From the NCBI GenBank assembly GCA_016235455.1, contig JACRKZ010000088.1, forward strand, positions 1-19,038: a DNA stretch of 19,038 bases. Reading direction: 5' to 3'. Of this stretch, positions 15,855-19,038 are shown piece by piece. Position 1 is the first letter of the stretch, and every line of letters starts with the position of its first letter. The notes under the pieces were generated by a model. The model searched no databases, was not told the origin of the DNA, and was given only the letters and a program-made list of their open reading frames with translations. The DNA comes from Armatimonadota bacterium (GTDB lineage: Bacteria; Armatimonadota; UBA10988). The position numbers were made by a program, and so were the translations under genes.

Positions 15855-16835
15855 CTACCCGCCGCGTTCCTGCCCGTCGCTCCGGCTCAGCCCGCGTTCG
15901 GCATCGGCGCCGCCCGGCTCGGCAGGGCTTAACGATCGCCCATCCGCCTCCCGCAGGCTCAGCGCCGCGCGCAGCGCGTGGCGGTCGATGTGGCCCAAGG
16001 CTTCTTCAGCGTTCTGGCGCGCCTGCCAGGTCTCGGCCGCGCGGACCTCGGCGGCGAGTGCGTCGGTGGCGGGCTGGCCTACGGCGACCAGCAGGCCACG
16101 CGCGCGCATACGCAGTTCGGGCGTGTCGCCGTGCAGCGCGGCCACGAAGTGCGGCACCAGCGCCGCCAGCGCCGCCTCGGGCAGCGCGTCGCGCCAGCGG
16201 CGAAGCAGGTCCGACGGACGGGTCAGCAGGTACTCGGCCAGCGCCGCCGACTGGCTCGGCCCGCACAGCCGCAGCCAGCAGCGCGCCGCCTCGTCGCGCA
16301 CCTCGTCGGGCTCGTCGGGGTTGGTCACCAGCGCGCCCAGCAGCGCGTCATCGGCCACGGTCAGGCTGCCGTCGAGCAGTTCGAGCGCGGCCAGCTTGGC
16401 GCCCAGCGGGGTGTCGATACCGTTGGCCGTGACCAGCGTGAGCGGCCGAGGCGGCCCGCCGAGCAACTGGCGCAGAGCCGGCTCGGCGTGGGGGCCGAGA
16501 TCGGCGACGACCGCGCGCAGCGTGAGGAAGATGCTATAGATCCAGGTGTCCTGGTTCTGCCACCAGTCCTCGCCGATGTGCCGCACGTCGAGCGCGTCGA
16601 CCAAGGCGGTCAGCAGGGGCGGTTGGTTCAGGAGATCCGTGCAGCCAAGGCCGGCCAGCCAGCGCAGCGACCGCGCCGCGACAAAGCGGCGGTAGAGCTG
16701 AGGCAGCCCGGTGATGGCGTCGAGCAACCGAGCCAGGCGGTCGGGCGTCGCGGAGGCGAGCACGGCGCGTTTGGACCAGAACCAGACCGAACGGCCCTGG
16801 CAGAGGCGGTCCCACAGGCGGTCAACGACGTCCAT
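15855..16835 (-). CDS. HEAT-like repeat protein, array paralogue P5 (first in transcription order)
   Basis: MDVVDRLWDRLCQGRSVWFW...SATPDRLARL; GPP...GAKLAALELL; EPDEVR; VGQPATDALAAEV; tail RSLS-x10-RGLS. Confidence 0.8.
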   Translation of the reverse strand: MDVVDRLWDRLCQGRSVWFWSKRAVLASATPDRLARLLDAITGLPQLYRRFVAARSLRWLAGLGCTDLLNQPPLLTALVDALDVRHIGEDWWQNQDTWIYSIFLTLRAVVADLGPHAEPALRQLLGGPPRPLTLVTANGIDTPLGAKLAALELLDGSLTVADDALLGALVTNPDEPDEVRDEAARCWLRLCGPSQSAALAEYLLTRPSDLLRRWRDALPEAALAALVPHFVAALHGDTPELRMRARGLLVAVGQPATDALAAEVRAAETWQARQNAEEALGHIDRHALRAALSLREADGRSLSPAEPGGADAERGLSRSDGQERGG

Positions 16836-16843
16836 GATGTGCC

Positions 16844-16852
16844 ATCGTAGCA
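16844..16852 (-). promoter_or_regulatory. Extended -10 promoter TGcTACGAT, 8 nt upstream of ATG 16835 (putative promoter of the paralogue array)
   Basis: TGnTAnnnT match, no SD and no well-spaced -35; geometry consistent with a leaderless transcript. Confidence 0.5.
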
Positions 16853-16885
16853 CATCGCCTGGCTCTCAAACCGGGAGCGGACGCC

Positions 16886-17452
16886 TCAGTGGGCAGTCGC
16901 GGCGGCCGCGGACGAGCGCGACCGCCGCGACCGCGGGGGTGGCCCGCATTCCTGCTCGAAGTCGAGTACGCCGAGCCGTGGCGGTGTGTGACCGGCGCGC
17001 CTCAACAGGTCGCACATGAGTGTGCGCTGCTCCGTGCTGTGGTGCAGTACATGCGAGAGAATGGTGCGGGGCGAGGCTTCGCGCATCTCGCCTTCAGGCT
17101 CGCCAGGGTAGAGAATGGGCTGGTCCAGACGCGTGGCGAGTTTGTTGACCTGCGCGGGCCACAGATTGCCCAGCATCTCGGCCATGTCGGCGCAGTGCGC
17201 GGCTGTCCAGGCGGGGTACAGCTCCTCGGCCTCATAGCGCACGCCGCGCAGACGCTCCATCCAGATCTTCTCGACCACCAGCAGATGGCCGAGATGGCTG
17301 GCCGCTTGCGCACAACTCCCGGGCACGGCCACCGGCCGGTCGTCGCCGGACGGACACGCCTCTCGGCAGGCGCCGTCCAGCGCCTCGCAGGCGCGGCGAT
17401 TAGCCCATCGATTGTAGGCAAAGGCCCGGCAGAGCGCCGCCAGGTCCGTCAT
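16886..17452 (-). CDS. DinB family protein (DinB/YfiT-like four-helix bundle)
   Basis: AYNRWANRR, LGHLLVVEKIWMERL, ILSHVLHHSTEQR..LRRAGHTPP. ATG 17452 follows SD AAGGGAG. Confidence 0.85.
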   Translation of the reverse strand: MTDLAALCRAFAYNRWANRRACEALDGACREACPSGDDRPVAVPGSCAQAASHLGHLLVVEKIWMERLRGVRYEAEELYPAWTAAHCADMAEMLGNLWPAQVNKLATRLDQPILYPGEPEGEMREASPRTILSHVLHHSTEQRTLMCDLLRRAGHTPPRLGVLDFEQECGPPPRSRRSRSSAAAATAH

Positions 17453-17477
17453 ACGTCGAGCTCCCTTGGTAGGGATC

Positions 17478-17483
17478 ATTGTA
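17478..17483 (-). promoter_or_regulatory. -10 element TACAAT for the DinB-family gene
   Basis: Near-consensus -10 upstream of the SD; TTGAAC lies only 15 nt upstream, which is suboptimal spacing. Confidence 0.45.
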
Positions 17484-17550
17484 GCCAAAACCGCGATGGT
17501 TCAATGCCCGCCGTGTGACACCAAGGCAACACCGACCTGAACTGAGCAGG

Positions 17551-17575
17551 CTAATCCGCCTACAGAGCGGATTGG
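17551..17575. terminator. Hairpin downstream of the deaminase gene
   Basis: CTAATCCGC-ctacaga-GCGGATTGG; the short T-run lies on the + strand side, so direction is uncertain. Confidence 0.3.
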
Positions 17576-17607
17576 TCCTTTTGAAATGGCCCTTTCTGGC
17601 CACGCCG

Positions 17608-18225
17608 TCAGCCGGTCGAGACGCGCACCACGGGCCAGCACCAGGTGTCGTTGGCCACAAACTCCCAGTCGGCCAGCGGCGCATTGACCACGGGCATCTG
17701 GCCACGCGCCGCCTCGGGCGCCTGGCTCATGGGCAGCGGCGGCTCCGGGTCGGCCCAGGTGATGCTCGGCGCGGGGCCGACATACAGCGCGAGTTCCACG
17801 CCCGTCTCGGTCAGGAACTCCAGCGGCATGGTGTCGCGGTACGGCTTGCGGAAGATGACCCGCCGGCAGCCGCACTGGATGAGCAGCTTGGCGCACATCA
17901 GACACGGGCTGTAGCCGCTCAGGTAGCAGGTGCAGCCGGTCAGGTCGACCCCATAGCGTGCCGCGTAGGCCACGGCGTTCTGCTCGGCGTGGGCCGTCTC
18001 GGCGCAGCCGCCATCGGCCGTGCGGCGGCAGGTGCCCTGTCCGCGGCAGTCGGGATTGCCGCCCACCGGTCCGTTGTAGCCCGTGGCCAGCAGCCGGTTC
18101 TCACGCACCAGCGCCACGCCCACGCGGCCGCGCTCGCAGGTGGCCCGCGTCGCCGCCAGCACGGCCATGGCCATGAAGTACTCGTCCCACGAGGGCTTGC
18201 GATAACCCGGACCGCCATCGGACAT
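17608..18225 (-). CDS. Cytidine/deoxycytidylate (dCMP) deaminase family protein, ComEB-like
   Basis: KPSWDEYFM, RATC, VG, ATGYNG, HAEQNA and SPCLMCAK zinc motifs. Start ATG 18225 (SD GGGAG) or leaderless ATG 18240. Confidence 0.92.
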   Translation of the reverse strand: MSDGGPGYRKPSWDEYFMAMAVLAATRATCERGRVGVALVRENRLLATGYNGPVGGNPDCRGQGTCRRTADGGCAETAHAEQNAVAYAARYGVDLTGCTCYLSGYSPCLMCAKLLIQCGCRRVIFRKPYRDTMPLEFLTETGVELALYVGPAPSITWADPEPPLPMSQAPEAARGQMPVVNAPLADWEFVANDTWCWPVVRVSTG

Positions 18226-18247
18226 GGACTGCGCTCCCATCGCGCTG

Positions 18248-18276
18248 AGTGTGCCGGAGCGCGGCCGGCGCGTCAA
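18248..18276 (-). promoter_or_regulatory. Sigma70-type promoter TTGACG-N17-CACACT
   Basis: Good -35 and spacing; -10 lies 7 nt before ATG 18240. Confidence 0.45.
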
Positions 18277-18334
18277 GCAGCGGCGGCCGAACAGAACAGC
18301 CAGCCTGCCGCACAATGCCCTTGGAGAGAGTCCC

Positions 18335-19038
18335 ATGCACAAGGCCATAGGGGCGGTTCTGATGGCCGCCCTCTCAATCTCGGCAGCCAGCGCACTCGAA
18401 GTCGGCGATGTGGCGCCGCCCGTGCGGCTGCTCGACCAGACTGGCACGCTGCGCGATGTCTCAGCCAGTTACGGGCGCTGGGCCGTCCTGACCTTCTACC
18501 CGGTCGACGGCACCGCCGGCTGCACCAAGGAGGCGCTCAACATCACGGCCAACCTGGACAAGCTCGTCGCCGAGAGCGTCGATGTGTACGGCGTGTCCAC
18601 CCAGGACGTGGCCAGCAAGCAGGCCTTCTGTGCCGCGCAAGGACTGAAGCACACACTGCTCGCGGACACCGACAAGTCGGTCAGCACCGCTTACGGCACG
18701 CTCATCGCCGACCGCGGCATCTCGAACCGCGTCACTTTCTACATCGACCCGACGCGCACCGTCCGGCTCATTGACCGCGCCGTGCAGGTAGCCACCCATG
18801 GCGAGGACATCCTCAAGACCGTGGCCACGCTCGCCGCCGAGGACGCCAAGACGCCACTGCCCAAGCTGGGCGAGACGGCGACCTTCGGCGGTCTGAGCTG
18901 GCACCTGCCCGCCAACTGGACGCGCCGCCTCGTCGAGGGCGCGGTGGTCATGGCCGGCCCCGATGGCGCCACGCTGACGCTCTCATCGTCCACCGGCGAC
19001 GCCACCAAGCCCGGCGCCCTGCCCGATGGCGCGACCAA
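18335..19038 (+). CDS. Secreted peroxiredoxin (AhpC/TSA, BCP/PrxQ-like) with additional C-terminal region; 3' end runs off the window
   Basis: Not in the ORF track (no stop). Manual translation MHKAIGAVLMAALSISAASALEVGDVAP...FYPVDGTAGCTKEA (PxxxTxxC)...VYGVS...AFC...LLADTD...NRVTFYID. SD GGAGAG. Confidence 0.9.
   Translation, partial: MHKAIGAVLMAALSISAASALEVGDVAPPVRLLDQTGTLRDVSASYGRWAVLTFYPVDGTAGCTKEALNITANLDKLVAESVDVYGVSTQDVASKQAFCAAQGLKHTLLADTDKSVSTAYGTLIADRGISNRVTFYIDPTRTVRLIDRAVQVATHGEDILKTVATLAAEDAKTPLPKLGETATFGGLSWHLPANWTRRLVEGAVVMAGPDGATLTLSSSTGDATKPGALPDGAT

Noticed and set aside
11851-16835. Array as phycobilin lyases (CpcE/F), a CRISPR-like repeat or a DGR target set
   Set aside because: No phycobiliprotein, cas or reverse transcriptase genes in the window; similarity is at protein level, with no regular DNA repeat-spacer pattern or adenine-specific variation seen.
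17608-18225. Deaminase as an anti-phage dCTP deaminase (AvcD-type)
   Set aside because: No N-terminal P-loop kinase domain; size and motifs fit the housekeeping ComEB/dCMP deaminase type.
18241-18447. Long N-terminal extension of the deaminase ORF
   Set aside because: Overlaps the divergent peroxiredoxin gene and the candidate promoter; family similarity begins at KPSWDEYFM.

Overview
GC-rich (roughly 70% by eye) bacterial chromosomal window with 16 plausible protein-coding genes (two truncated by the window edges). I saw no rRNA, tRNA, CRISPR array or transposase. Left part: a minus-strand three-gene unit (TraB/DUF5682-like conserved protein, secreted beta-helix + CBM-like enzyme, BNR/sialidase-like protein), a REP-doublet (REPIN)-like element, a dipeptide epimerase divergent from an AEC transporter, a secreted putative six-hairpin glycosidase-like protein, a SHOCT protein and a secreted Met/Pro-rich hypothetical. 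The standout is 11851-16835: five tightly packed, strongly diverged paralogous HEAT-like alpha-solenoid genes. They share a Trp-rich N-terminal motif (4 of 5), a GPP...G[AG]KL.AL core with variable loops, and a C-terminal tail with invariant spacing, R[AS]LS-x10-RGLS. This looks like an uncharacterised diversified adaptor/effector/immunity array with a common C-terminal signal. Right end: DinB-family gene with a degenerate His triad, dCMP-deaminase-family gene, and a secreted BCP/PrxQ peroxiredoxin with an extra C-terminal region. Family calls come from motif recognition by eye, not database searches.
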